Assembly (NCBI GenBank): GCA_050613775.1
Contig: JBODTK010000010.1
Coordinates: forward strand, 186,001-250,000
Length of the DNA stretch: 64,000 bases
Direction of reading: 5' to 3'
DNA from: Neocallimastix sp. 'constans'
Lineage: Eukaryota
Shown: positions 13,173 to 27,746 of the stretch, piece after piece
Numbering within the stretch: position 1 is the stretch's first letter
How the letters are laid out: the number at the start of each line of letters is the position of its first letter
Position numbers and translations under genes: made by a program
The notes under the pieces: generated by a model
The model's database searches: none
The model's input: the letters and a program-made list of their open reading frames with translations, nothing else
Told to the model about the DNA's origin: nothing

Positions 13173-13211
<39 letters not shown>

Positions 13212-13379
13212 ATAAACATAAATAATTATAATTTTTAATAAATATATAAAAATATTAAAACTTTAAATCTAAAAAAGTAAACACTATTTAAAATTATTAA
13301 AGAAAAAAAATTAAATTGATTTAAAAAATTTAAATTTTAAAATTTATGAAAACTTTTTAAAGAAATGTGATTTTAATTT

Positions 13380-13420
<41 letters not shown>

Positions 13421-14194
13421 ATTATAAAGAATTTTAAATCTTTTAAAAAAGAAAAAAAGAATTATAAAGAATTTTAAATCTTTAAAATAAAAATAAAAAA
13501 AAAAAAAAAAAAAAAAAAAAATTCAAATAATGAAATATTCATTATTTAACTTTTATTATATTTATACTATTTAGTGTTAATTATAATTTAAATTCAAAAT
13601 TATAATTTAAATTCAATGCAGATTATAAAAAATTAATATGTAAAATGGTATAAAATAATATTCTTTTTTGTACTACTTTATTATTATATATAATATATAT
13701 TATTTATACAACAATTATATCATGACTACTATGATTTTTATAATTGAGAAAAAAAAAAATACATATATATATAAATATATTAAAAGGGATGAATTATTTT
13801 TTTATTAAATACATATAAATAAATAAAAAAAAATAATAATGATAATTTCCCAATTTTTCCAATAATAAACTTAAAAAATAATTAATTATAACTATTACAC
13901 ACTATATATATATATATATTTTAAAAAAAATTCATATTTTTTTTAAGATTATTTTATTCAATTATTAATACTTTAATATCTAAAATCTAAATGAACTTAT
14001 TAAGAAATTTGTATATTTATTTAAAATTTTCTAATGTATTTTAATGTATAATTAATAAAATTTAAAATATTTTAATATTTCGATTACTTTATTATCTTTT
14101 TTTTTTTTTTTTTTTTTTTTTTTATTTATTTTATATATATATATATATATTAATATCTATTTATAAATCTAAATATATTAATAAGTTCTTTGTT

Positions 14195-14440
14195 TTTAAT
14201 AGCATTATAATAAAATATTTGATCAATAAAGATCATCATATATTAAACATTATTAATGACCACTTTGAAATTTTCAATTGAAAAGTTTTAAGTCCTTTAA
14301 ATCATTGTTTATATATAACACTACCTTTTTAATAACAGTTGCTAAAGAAATTGGTGAACTAATACAACCAATAAAAAGCCAATATAATAATTCTGTGTTC
14401 TGAAAATTGGTTTTAACTTTTTTAAAAATTTAAATCCAAT
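14195..14440 (-). pseudogene. 3' remnant (TM6-TM7) of the orphan 7TM family
   Basis: Reads FLKK..SEHRIIILA..IGCISSPISLATVIKKVVLY.NNDLKDL..FSIENFKVVINNV*YMMIFIDQI with frameshifts, matching the intact paralogs. Confidence 0.85.
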
Positions 14441-14847
14441 TAATTTTATATTATTTTTAAAAACAAAATAAAAATATTAAAAATTATTTAGTAGTTCATA
14501 TTTATTTTAATAATAATATATTTCGAATTACATTTAATTCAGTAAATTTATTAATTATTTCTAAAATAAAAAAAAAAATTCTATTAATATTTAAGCAGCA
14601 AATATTATATAGATTATATACAATATTTTAACTAATTTATATGTAAATTGCATATTTAATTATTCAATTTAATATACATTATATATATATTTTAGTGTAG
14701 CACAGTAATACAATATAAACTCATAATTATATTATTATTATAATAATACAAGAGTCTTCTTTTAATTAACTTATTATCTATTTATAGAAGACATACCATT
14801 ATTATCATAAAGGTAATTATTAGTATTATTATTTTGAATAATGATGG

Positions 14848-14885
<38 letters not shown>

Positions 14886-15594
14886 TATTAATTATATAAA
14901 CAGTTAACATAATATAAATATTATCAAATTTAATTTAATATATTAATTTACAAATATACTATATATTTATATTAATAAGATTTTGAAGAATATAAAAAAA
15001 AATTATAATAAATATACTTTGTACTGTTTTTTTTTTTTTTTTTAGTAAATCTTCAGTAAATTTGTTTCATACAGTACTAATTTTAAAATAAAGAAAATAT
15101 TTTTTCTTTTTTTCTTTTCTTTTCTATTCTATGTTACACATTACTTTTTTATTAAATTAAATTATTATTAATTAAATTGTTCAAAAAAAAAACAATTTTA
15201 TTATTATTAGTATTAAACATGTGAGTAAAAGCGATAAAGTTTTATTAATAATTAATTAATAGTAAAATAATAGTAAAATTATATACAAATAATAATTTAA
15301 TTATTATTTATTAAAAGTTTAAATATACATTAATTTTACATTATATCATTTTTTATTTTATAAAATTTATACATCAATATATTTTTAAATAAAAAAAATA
15401 AGAAAGGAATAATAATTTGCTTAATTATATAATTTTTTTTTCCTTTTTATTATCATTTAAATAATTTATTATAATAATTAAAATTATTATTATTTCAAAA
15501 TAATAAAACTTTCCTTTTTTATATTATAACTGAACCATTTATATTCTATACAAAAAAAGCATATTCTTTCAACATATACTTTAGAAAATTAAAA

Positions 15595-15625
<31 letters not shown>

Positions 15626-17360
15626 TATTAGTAAATATTATTATGAATACCCGAATAAATAAAATAAATAAATATAAAGACTATAAATACAGAAATAAAA
15701 GATATATATATATCTATTTATTTTGATATATGTTGATATATGATTTTTTGATAATAAAAAATATTTATTAATCAACATTATTAATATAGCTAATTATTTT
15801 TAATATGTTTACTTAAATATATTCACATTATTATTTAATTTTTTTTTTTTTTTTTTTGATTTTTCTTAATATATATATTAACATTAATTTAAATATATTT
15901 ATTTTTTGATATTTCCTTATTAATATTATTATATTTTAATAATAGTAATAATTATATAAATGTCATAATCATATAATAAAAAAAAAGTTATAATTGTATA
16001 TATATAAATAAATGTCCGATATAATTATGGCATAATATATATATAATTAATTATAAAAATATAGTTAATATTTCCATTAATTAACATTAATTAATCTTTC
16101 ATCTTTTACTTTTATATTATGTTTTTTAAAAAAAAAAATAATTAAAATTAAAAAATTAATAAATTAAATTTTATACTATTTAAAATATTTCTGAACTTTA
16201 TTTTATATAATTTTTTTTATTGTATTTCTTTTTATTAATATGCATGTATATAACAAATTTTTTTTTTGTACTTTTAAAACAATTATATTCATCTAAAAAA
16301 AATACCTAAATAGGAAATAATTAAAAAAATTTTTTTTTTTCAATATTAATATTCTGTAATTTAATAATAGTTACATCAAATGAAGAAAAAAGTTTTTCAT
16401 TAAAATTGAAAAATAATTTAGAAAAAAAATTTTTTTCAAACTATTTAAATGATCATACCAGTTTGATTATATATATATATATATTTTTATATATAAATAT
16501 ATAAAAAGCATATAATATCCATATACACCTTTGAATGAAAACATATTATTAAATAATTATATAGATAATAATATATTATTTAATGCTACAATGAGATATT
16601 GATTTTAAAGTTATAAGTTTAATTATATATAGTAAAAATATTTAAAATAGTTATATTCATTTAGTATTTAAATGAATGCAATTATATATATATTTCAAAA
16701 TTAATAGCTTTTTGTTATTGATTTTATGTTCTTAATTTCCTTTTTTTTTCTTATTGTTGATATTTTTTTATGTTATTATTATCATTATTAATATTAATTT
16801 TTTTTTTATTATCAATTTCAGATAATTATTAAACTAATATTAAAGTAACCACAACCACACAATTTTATCATATTATAAATATATTTTAAATATTTTTATA
16901 ATATATAGATTTATCAATAGAATCAGAAAAAAGAGAAAATTATTTTTTAAATTAATAAATTATATAGATTTATTAATTTAAAAAATTATTTATTAATTAT
17001 TAAACATATAATTATTACTAAATATTATTTCAACTTTTTTTTTTTTTTTTATTATTAATATAAATAAAATTTATATTTAATATTATTTTTGACCAAATTA
17101 AAATAAAGGATATATATTAATCTTATTTATAGTACGTAAAATTTTAATATTAAAAGTAGAAATTAATTCTATAATTTACATGAATATATAATATATAACT
17201 TTATTAATTTGTGTTTTATATCAATAATTACAATAATATTTATATCTTAACTTTAAATATGTATATTAACATTAGAGAGTATACCAATACTGTATATAAA
17301 TAATTATAAATTTATTTTAATTATAAATAACAGAAAAAAAAGATAAAAACAATGAAACTT

Positions 17361-17400
<40 letters not shown>

Positions 17401-19776
17401 ATTTTCATAAATAGAAAATCGCTTATATTAATATTTAATTTTTTTTTTTTTTTTTGTCCAATGATAATAATAGTGATATACGGAACTTTTATGTGCAATA
17501 ATTTATAAGCAGTGGGTTTTTAAAATAATGGTTATTTATTAAAATTTATTAATAATATTATAATATTCGTACAATTAAAATAATAATTCTATTTCCTAAA
17601 ATTTTTTCAAGAGAGTCTTCTATTTCTAATATAAATAATTTAATCTATTTATAAGAAATAGATATTATATTAATTATATATTCTAATATATAGAACTATA
17701 TTAATTTTATATGAATTAAAGTATTATAATTATTATTATAATAATAATACATATTGAAATAAAATAAAATAAAATAAAATAAAATAATTATTATCAAAAA
17801 ATATAAATTTAATATTTAATAATTATTATTAAAAATACAAATATGTTATTAAACATATTTGTTTTATATCAATAGTATGACGAAATAATTGTGTACTAAA
17901 CAAAATTCTTTATTCATATATATGTATAACTATAGTTTATTAATTTATTTTTCCTCTCCAATAAAAAAATATTTTAATTTTTTTTTCTAATTCTAAATTT
18001 TCATTTATAAAGTTTTGAAGAGTATAAGACTTGGTATCTAATAGAACTTTATTTTCTTGATTTATATATAACAAGTTCTACCTTTTTTTTTTTTTTAAAT
18101 TTTAAAAAGTAGTTCCTTTTTAATAATTATAAAAAAAAAAGATGGCCGGAATCTTAACCTTTTTTTTTTTTTTTTTTTTTTGGTTTCAATGAAATAGGTA
18201 TAGAATGGATATAGAATGGTTGTATAATTCTTCATTTTAATCAGAAGAATTAAAACAAGTATTTAATTCTTCATATTTTTCAATATCATTGTTTAACAAA
18301 ATAATAAAGATAATAATATTATTATATAAAAGTTTTTTTTTTTTTATCTTCATAAAAATATAACAACCCCAATATTTTAAGGAAGATATAAAAGTATTTT
18401 ATATATAATTCTCTATTTAATTATAAATTGATAAAATAGTCCCTTTGGTATAGAACGGTTATTCTATATAAAAAATTAAGAATTAATGTTTTTTTTTTTT
18501 TTTTTTGGATAATATATAAGAGAATATTCTTTTTATGGTTAATCTTAATTTTTTTAGAATAACTAGACTAAAAATTATTAATTAGAATCATTTTTTCTTT
18601 AACAATGGAATTCAATAAATATATTTATGCTTCTTTTTTGTTTCAAAAAAATAATTTAAAAAAAATCTTTTTTCTATTATGCCTGTTTTGATTAATAATT
18701 TACATTAAATATCAAATATTATGCATTTATCTTATAACCAATTTATTATATTATTAAAGATAATTTATATTAGTACAGTATAAAATAAATGTATTATATT
18801 AGCATGAATATGGAATAATTATCAAAAAAGAAGAAAAAAAAATCACCCATTATTTATAAATTTATCATAAAAATATTAGAGAACATTTCATCATTATCAC
18901 AATAAAATAAATTTTTATTAATATTATATTTCTATTATCTTTCATTATTATTTTTTTTAGTAAATTAAAAAGAATAATTTTTAAAATAATTTATTAGAAT
19001 TAAGTGTATTTCATTATTCTTCATTTTTTTCCGAATATAGATATTTATGAAATTTTTATTCTTTTATTTTAATGGTAAAATAAATAAAATAATATTAATT
19101 CACTTAAAAAGGGAATTCCTGACAAATTTATTTTATTGACAATTTATTTTCATATCATTATATAAATCAAAATGATTTATAAGAATTATTATTTTTAATA
19201 ATAATAATAATAATAATAATTTATTATATCAAGTTTTCGAAAAAATATACACTATTAATAGTAAAATTTAGTCTTTTGGTCTAATATTTTTAATTTAATG
19301 TAAATAAAAATTTTTGAAATTATGAACTTAATAAAACATTTTAGATACGAAAAAATGATTCTTAATCATAATTTAATTTAGAATAAAAATTTTAGTTACA
19401 CAAGAACACAAATTAAACTAAATAAAAATTAAATAAAAAGAAAATTAATTTTGGTAAAAAGATGGACAAAGATTATAATCATTATTATTATATAAGATAT
19501 ATCTATAAAATGTTATATTAAAATATAATATAAAAGTAAATTTAAATATATTATATATTTTTAAAATATATAAATTTAAAACAATATTCAGGAAAATTTT
19601 CTGGAAAAATATATACAATGATGAATAATAATATAAACAATATAATTAATAATTTTAATTCTAATGTTTAAATAAAAGTGAAAAGAACGTAAATAAAACA
19701 AATCAAGAGAGTATATTTAAAAAAAAATAATGCGTAACAAGATATAAAAGAAAAAAGAAAACAAAATAAAGCAAAA

Positions 19777-19843
<67 letters not shown>

Positions 19844-20053
19844 AAATAAAAAAGTAAAATTAACAAAGATATATAAAAATTAATAATAACTAAAAAATAA
19901 ACAAATAGAAATAAAAATAAAGAAAAAAAAAAGATATGGAAAAAAAAAATGAAAAAAAAAATAAGCAAGAAAAAGTATAATAAAAAGGTAATAAAAATAT
20001 AAAAATAAGATAATAATCATTTAAAAAATTTGAATTACAAAATTGTAAAATAA

Positions 20054-20101
<48 letters not shown>

Positions 20102-20570
20102 AATTTCTTGCATTATTTTTTAATTAAAAAATATATATATGTAGAATAAAATTTAATAATAATAAAAATAAAAATAATAATAATATTTAAATTATTTATT
20201 TTGTTAACTTTTTTTTTATTTATTTATTTGTAATTTTCATAAATTTTATTTGTCCGTTATATATTTGTTAATATAATTTAAACAATTTTTATTTTTTATT
20301 TTTTATTTTTATTTTATTTTTTATTTTTATTTTATTTATTATTTTTATTTTTATTTTTTACTTTTATTTTAATAATTTTTGTATTTTTATTTGGTCTATT
20401 TATACATTCACTCATAAATAATTCTTTTTTTTTTATTTGATGTCCTTTTTTTTATATTTTATTTTTATTGTTTGTTTTATATGTTTATTTATTTTATTTA
20501 TATTATTTTTTTCGTTTATTTATTAATTTTATATTTTCATTGTTATTTTTTTTATATACAATCCACTTAT

Positions 20571-21201
20571 TCATGTTTTTTTTTCTTCTTTTTTGGATGA
20601 AAGAGCATATCCTTCTCTTTTCATTCTTGGAACTAAAAATCCAAAACCATAAATCATCATAGATGCCTGAGCTATTATACCTAAAATAATACTAAGGATA
20701 TTACCTTTGAAAGATATCAAATTATTAGATATAAAATAATAAACAGTATAGAGTCCAAATGGAATGTTTAACAAAATACTAACGACAAGACCTGGATTGT
20801 ATTTTCTTCCAAATATCAAAAACATTACTACATGAGAAAAAGCATTGAGGAAAGAAAAATAGGCTGTCCATAATCCAACTTGAATACCTAAAAAATGGGA
20901 TAATATACCAGAAACAGGCATTAAAATGTATACTAAATGAATATTAATCCAGAAAGAACCAACTACACTTAATGGTAAATCCCCACGTTGACTTCTCATC
21001 ATGTTTCTATTAAAGAAGTCAAGAAAACCTCCTGGGAAGATATATTTTTCAAATTCATGAGTCCAATAAATAGGAGTTTGTAACTATATTAAAAAAAGGT
21101 GGATAATTTTGATCCTTTACATATAAAAATAACAAAATAAAATTATAGAAAGCAAGAAAAGGTGTAGCTTTCATCCAATTGTTTATTAACCAAGAAAGCA
21201 T
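20571..21201 (-). pseudogene. Intronless HXXEE-domain membrane protein, disrupted
   Basis: ATG at 21201 (MLSWLINNWMKATPFLAFY..). +1 frameshift near 21091-21100 and TAG at 21086-21084 (probably W). Then LQTPIYWTHEFEKYIFPGGF (HxxEE motif with last E to K), HVVMFL..YNPGLVVS. Confidence 0.8.
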
Positions 21202-21209
21202 TTTGAATA

Positions 21210-21353
21210 TTTTTTTAATTCCTTTTTAAAGCTTAATTGATATAATATTAAAAAATATTATTTATTTTTTTAATTCCTTTTTAAAGCTTAATTGATATAA
21301 TATTAAAAAATATTATTTATTTTTTTTAGTTCCTTTTTAAAGCTTAATTGATA
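21210..21353. repeat. Tandem ~55-bp repeat (about 2.6 copies) immediately upstream of the HXXEE start
   Basis: TTCCTTTTTAAAGCTTAATTGATA recurs with CC at 21221, 21276 and 21332. Confidence 0.9.
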
Positions 21354-22039
21354 ATTATAAAAAAAAAGGCCCATATATTCTCAATATATAAAATATATAC
21401 TAATAATAAATGAAAGATGTATTAAAATTAGGACTTTAAATAACAATCTATTTAAAAAATTAAATCACTATTTTAATTTTTATTAATATTAAAATTAAGT
21501 TAATAGTTATATTTCAATTTATTTAATCTTTAATATTTATTTCATATTTTATATATATGATGCAAGTGTTTAAATAAAAATTATATTTTAAAATTATAAT
21601 GTTTATTACATTATTGAAATCTTTTGTACAAATTTGAGCATAAATAGTGGGGTTTTATAAAATAAATTAAAAACTTTATCATAATAATTAAATATTTTAT
21701 TATGAATAAATTCTTCAAGAATTATTTAAATTTGATTTATTTTTGATTTAAAAAAAAAAAAACTGTTTATATATATATTTTTGGTAGTTTATTATTAGTA
21801 TTATTATTGTATAGATTTATATTTAAATACAGTTTTTTAGGTGTTATATTTAGAAAAGCCAAAAAAAATGGTTTAAAAATATTTTGGAAATTATATTAGA
21901 ATTTTTATAAAAAAAAATTATTGAAAATGAATTTAAAAATTAAATCAAGTTTTATATAATCTTTTAAAATAGATTTCATTTAATTAAAAATAATTTTCCT
22001 GAATAAATAAACAAATTTATGGTTAAAATGGTAAACATT

Positions 22040-22085
<46 letters not shown>

Positions 22086-22912
22086 AAAGAATATATGTTA
22101 TATACTGTAAAGAATATGTTGGAAGAGCAGATTAAATCACATACTATTATTTATTAAAACTTAAGGCCCAAAGAAGTTCTAATGTTATTGAAATAAGAAA
22201 ACAAGAAGAATTTATTGCAAATTATTAATTTAGGATTAAAAAACTAATATCCATGAGTATCTAAACTTCTAGTTCTCAAAACAACTTAATGTAAAAGATA
22301 AGCCTAGGTTTTCCATTAAATAATATTTGTATTGACTCAAAAGAATATTTTTAGAAGTATGAATATGGAAGGAGAAAAAGCATAAAATAAATTTAATTCT
22401 ATAATTTTCAATAAAGAGAAATAAAAATATGTCAAGACTTGTAATCTAATCATATATAGAAATATTTTATCACATACATTTATTGAAAAAATGATAAAAT
22501 ATTGTCTTTTTTTTTTTTTTTTCAATCAATATAAATTTAAAAATATGAAATGATAGACAGTATTGTTAAGTTTTTTTATACGGTTTGAAGTTAAAAAATA
22601 ATTTATTATTTAGTTTCTATTTTTAATAGGTATTAAAAATAATGGAAAAAACCTTGACCAAAATTCTAAATTAAGAATCAATTTATAGTTTGATATATAT
22701 AATACTTTAAATGGTGTTTATAATCAAAGTGATTAAATTTATTTTATATAAGTATTTTATTATAAACACACATAAAAAAAAGTTAAATGGAATATTTATT
22801 ATATTAAATGTATTTTTTTTTCCATTAAAAGTAGATAATTAAATACATATATATATATAATCTAAATAAAGTGAATTAAATAATAATTTTTTTTTTCTAA
22901 TTAATAATTAAT

Positions 22913-22954
<42 letters not shown>

Positions 22955-23178
22955 TGGTACAATTATTTATTAATAGGTTAAAATTTTTAAAATATATAAA
23001 TAAATAAATAACTATAAAAAATTATGATAAAAACATAAAATAATAAAAAATATTATAAAAATAATTTAAAAGGGATTACATAATGTTATAAAAAAAAATT
23101 TAAAAATCTGTTAATTATTTTGCTAACCAATAAATAATTATAATATATATATATATATATTATTATTATTATTATTAT

Positions 23179-23354
23179 TGTTAGAATATGTATAAAAAAT
23201 AAGCTTCAAATTGTATTGAAACATATTGTAATATATAATTAATGTATAAGCCACAATGTATTAATATAAAAGCATTTAATTTAGAATAATTGTTAGATAC
23301 TCTATATTAATAAAATTGACATAATTATAAACCATAAATTCCTGACTCTTAACA
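23179..23354. mobile_element. LTR-like repeat, copy 2 (inverted relative to 1645-1833)
   Basis: TGTTAGAA...GACTCTTAACA. Reverse complement shares e.g. TAATGTATAAGCCACA, ATATAAAAGCATTTAATTTAGAATAATT and ATTATAAACCATAAATTC. Confidence 0.65.
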
Positions 23355-23425
23355 GATTAAGAGTCTCATCTGACTCTTAAAAAGATTCTTAGCAAAAGAA
23401 TATTTTGCCGGAATCAATATTATGT

Positions 23426-23461
<36 letters not shown>

Positions 23462-24924
23462 ATTTTATATTATGATAAAAACTGTTCATCATGTCAATTC
23501 TCAATAAGACAAATGAAACTGTTCAAAATATTCAAGATTGAAAAATTGAAAAAACGTATAAAATATAATACAATTGATAAAATGAAGTTATTACAGGATA
23601 AGTAAAACTCTAAAAAATATAAAAATATTTATTTAATAAGAAAAAACACGCTTAAACGTATATATAAAAGAAATTTATATATTTTCATACTAAAAACTCT
23701 TAATTGAAATTATAATTTGATATTTTAACGAATAAGCTTTTGGCTATTAGTAATATAATATATTTAAACATGAAGGAATCTACTATGTGATAGACTATTT
23801 CGCCCAATGAATATATAAAACTAAATTTAATAATATATATTAAGAAAATTTAAACAATCATATATTAGTTAAGGATTCTTTTTAAAGAACAAAACACATT
23901 ATTTAAAGTAAAGTTATTTTAACGAGTATTTATACATATCAAACGAGTATATATTAATATAAACTACAATAATGGAGGAGACTATATATCAGAGATCCCA
24001 TACAAAATAATTTAAAATAAAATATCTCAAATATTCAAGGGAAATATAATAGAATAGTAATTCCTAGGATACATTCTAATAATAATAGTATTATTAAACC
24101 TAGCGTGAGATAGGTTTAGATAATAACTAATTCAATATAATCATAATGCAAATCTTCGTGAAGAAAGGTATAATAAAATAATAAATATAACCATGAGTTA
24201 TATATAATGGATGATATTTATCCATCAACAAACTATTCTTATTGATTGAAAAATATTTTAAAGTTATTAAACTTCTATAATTAATATTATAATGATGAGA
24301 AAATCAAAATATATAAAATCCTTTTAGAAATTTGGATTTTAGGGGGAAGTAGGCAAAATAAAATAAAAATTATAAAGTGTTAAAGAAAAGTCACTTAACT
24401 GATTCTTTGAGCTAATTATTTAAAAATAATATTATCTTGGAAATGAATAAAATAGCCTAATAGTGAAAATTAACAAAAATTAACTTTCAAGAAAAAAATT
24501 AAATGAAAGATTGAATATTTTAATCAATTATGAAACAATTTATATTATTTATTAATAAGTTTAAATAACTAGAATAATATAATTAATTATAAATACAATC
24601 AATTTTAATACCCCAAGATTATGATTTATCAAGTGCACTAATATATAATTTTCAATTTATTTTAATATTTATCGCTAAAACTAGAAAGAGAAAATATATA
24701 AAAGTTAACGCTAATCTCTAAAACGGATTACAATTGAAAGTGATGTAAAACCCAATATATAAGAGGTACTCACACAAAATGAGATGGTATAATATCATAA
24801 TATCACCCTTCAAGAAAAAGGTTTCCATCATATAAATAGTAATATATAAACCATATACTATAAGAGATGTTTTAACAAAAGAAATACCAAAATAATTTTT
24901 AATAAATCAACTTAAATATATAAC

Positions 24925-25026
<102 letters not shown>

Positions 25027-25606
25027 GTGATAGTAATAATTAGCTATTATTAAGAACTTGAAATGATAAAAACGGGTATGTTGATTTTTGAAATATTACT
25101 GGGATTTTTACCAATTTTGAAAGCATTAATAGAAGAAACAAGCAGTAATATCATATATGTATTGATTGTACTTTTTTTTTATAGGGAATTTATTTTTGCA
25201 TGATTATGGTTGAAAAATTACAAAGAATATAAGGGAAATTATAAAAAAAAAATAAAAATAAAAATAAAAGTCACATAGTAATAATACTTTAATTTATCGT
25301 TATTGTTAATATTATTATTATTATCAATTAATTAAAGAATGATAATTAATTTATAGAATACGACACAGTATAAGTGATGCTAAATTTATTAATATATTTT
25401 ATTGGAATTTTAAAATTTTATATTTTACATTAAATAACTTAATTTTAAAATATATTTATTTTTAATTTCATACCATATGATAATAAGAATTCGCTATTTT
25501 GAATGCTCTATCTATTTTAAATGGTTTATTGCATTCAAAACAAAGTAAATTTTTATGGAATTCTTTACGATCTTTTTAATGATATTAAAAATAAATGTTA
25601 CGATTA

Positions 25607-25644
<38 letters not shown>

Positions 25645-25865
25645 TAAATAACTGAATAAATGAATATTTTTTTTTTTATTTTTTTATTTACAATAATAAA
25701 ATCTACTTTTTTTTTTTAATATATATATAGATATATTTATATTAAATTGTAGAATTATATATAAAGCATTATTATATATAAAGTTATTTGAATATGTTAA
25801 ATATATTATATATTTTCTTTTTTCTATATTAATTATTTTTTTTTTTATTTTTATTTTTTTTTTTT

Positions 25866-27436
25866 TTAATTGAAATTATTATAATCTCTAAAATTATTGT
25901 TATTATTATTTTCAAATGTATAATTTTGAACATTTGAAAACTTCATTCTATCCATTTCAGAATAATAATTATATTGAGCATTATTTTGGGTTGTATTTTT
26001 TCTAAAATAATTTCTGTTATTTAAATTTGGATAACTGTCTTGAGATGAATAATTATGTAACTTAATATTATTTTCATTTCCATTATCATTACAGTAATAG
26101 TCATCACTATTCTTACTTTTATTTCGACAGACACTACATGAGCAAGAACAAGTACAAGTATCTGATTCTGTTCCATTCAAACTTTCATTTCTCGAACATA
26201 TTAATAATATTTGATCAATAAATATAATCATATATTGAACATTGGTAACTACTAATCTGAAATTTTCAAATGAAAAATTAATTGCTTTTAGATCAGAGTT
26301 AAATGTTACTATTTTAATGATAGCAACAATTAAATAAATTGGTAATCCGAACATACCAATAACAACAGAAACAATAATTCTATATTCCGATATTAATCTA
26401 AATTTCTTTAAAAATCCATATTCAGATATAGTTTTATTAAATAATTCCTTTTTTAAAACAATATACACAATAATATCGTATATCAATGAAGCTATCACTA
26501 CTAAAACCTGTAGTGCATAGTAATAATTATAATATTTATTTACATAATCATAGTTATAATCCCCTGTTTTATTATAGAGTCTTGTTGGAAATAAAAATAT
26601 TTGGGAAATAGGTACAGAAAGCTTTACAATATTATATAATATACAAGACATATAAACATATTTTAATAAAGGTCCATCCTTTGCTACTGCTTTCGTCCGA
26701 ATTAAAGGATACCAATCACCAACTATTTCACCAATATGCCAAAAAAAACCATTTACTTGTCTAGTCATAAACCATTTTAATGGATTCTGCTCTGTATATA
26801 AATTATTATTTACGCAATTACCATGTGCATCCACAGCATAATAATTATTTGTTAATTCACCTAATTTTTCAACAATATCACCCATTGTACTATAAAAAAT
26901 AAATTAAAATATATTTATTTATATATATTAATAAAATTTTTCAATTTTTTAAATAATTAATACAGATATAATTATCATTATAGGTTATTTTATGTTATGT
27001 CATATTATATTAAATTATATTATATTATATTATATTATATTATATTATGGTTTTACATGTATATGTATATATATTACCGTAAGGTATAATGATATAATAT
27101 GAGTCTTGTTACTGGTCTTTTAGTATTGAATTTATACATAATAAGAAGTAATAAAGTCCAATAAAAAAATTGTGACTCTATTGGTTTCAAAAATGCATAA
27201 AAAATAATTCTTACAACATCTATCTTTTGATTTAATACACCCATAGGATCATTATTTGTCTCATTTACATATTTAACATAGCAATTAAAACTAGTACCCT
27301 TACTTGTTAACCAATCAAAAAGACCTGCGCTATCATATCTATCGGGCTCAATAAATCTATCTTTTTGTTCACATAACTGTAAATATTGGGCCTTGGTGGC
27401 ATCATTTAATGAATTAAGTTCTTGAGGTGTTAGCAT
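25866..27436 (-). CDS. Orphan 7TM (GPCR-like) membrane protein A, 460 aa
   Basis: Exons 27436-27078 and 26889-25866, phase-2 GT-AG intron, 1383 nt in frame. Seven hydrophobic segments, GEIVGDWYPLIRTKAV motif and an Asn-rich tail containing CTCSCSCSVC. Confidence 0.85.
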
Positions 27437-27708
27437 TGTTAATATATTAATATTATATATTATTTTATTTTTATCTTTATTTTCTTCTTTTCCTTTTTTT
27501 TTTTATTTTTTTAATTTTTACTTTATATGTATATATTATTTTTATATGAATTAACTGTAATTTTGCATTTCATAAATAAATAAATAATATAAAAAGGTTT
27601 ATTTATATTATTTATGCTTGTATATATCTTTAATCAATTTTTTATTTCATTTATTTTTATTTATTTTTATTTATTTTATTTATTTATTTACTTATTTATT
27701 TATTTTTT

Positions 27709-27746
<38 letters not shown>

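Larger units (their letters stand above)
9640..14440 (+). repeat. Segmental duplication, copy 2
   Basis: See copy 1. This copy retains the intact SBP-7TM gene and a remnant of the orphan 7TM gene. Confidence 0.9.

Noticed and set aside
21210..21353. CRISPR-like array, or a Shine-Dalgarno-like AAGGAA upstream of HXXEE
   Set aside because: The intervening sequences are identical rather than unique spacers, and there are no cas genes. The purine tract is too far from the ATG and expected by chance.
24055..24220. Reverse transcriptase called from FLGYIL and IMDDI
   Set aside because: The motifs are in the wrong order for RT and there is no continuous frame; kept only as a weak hint.
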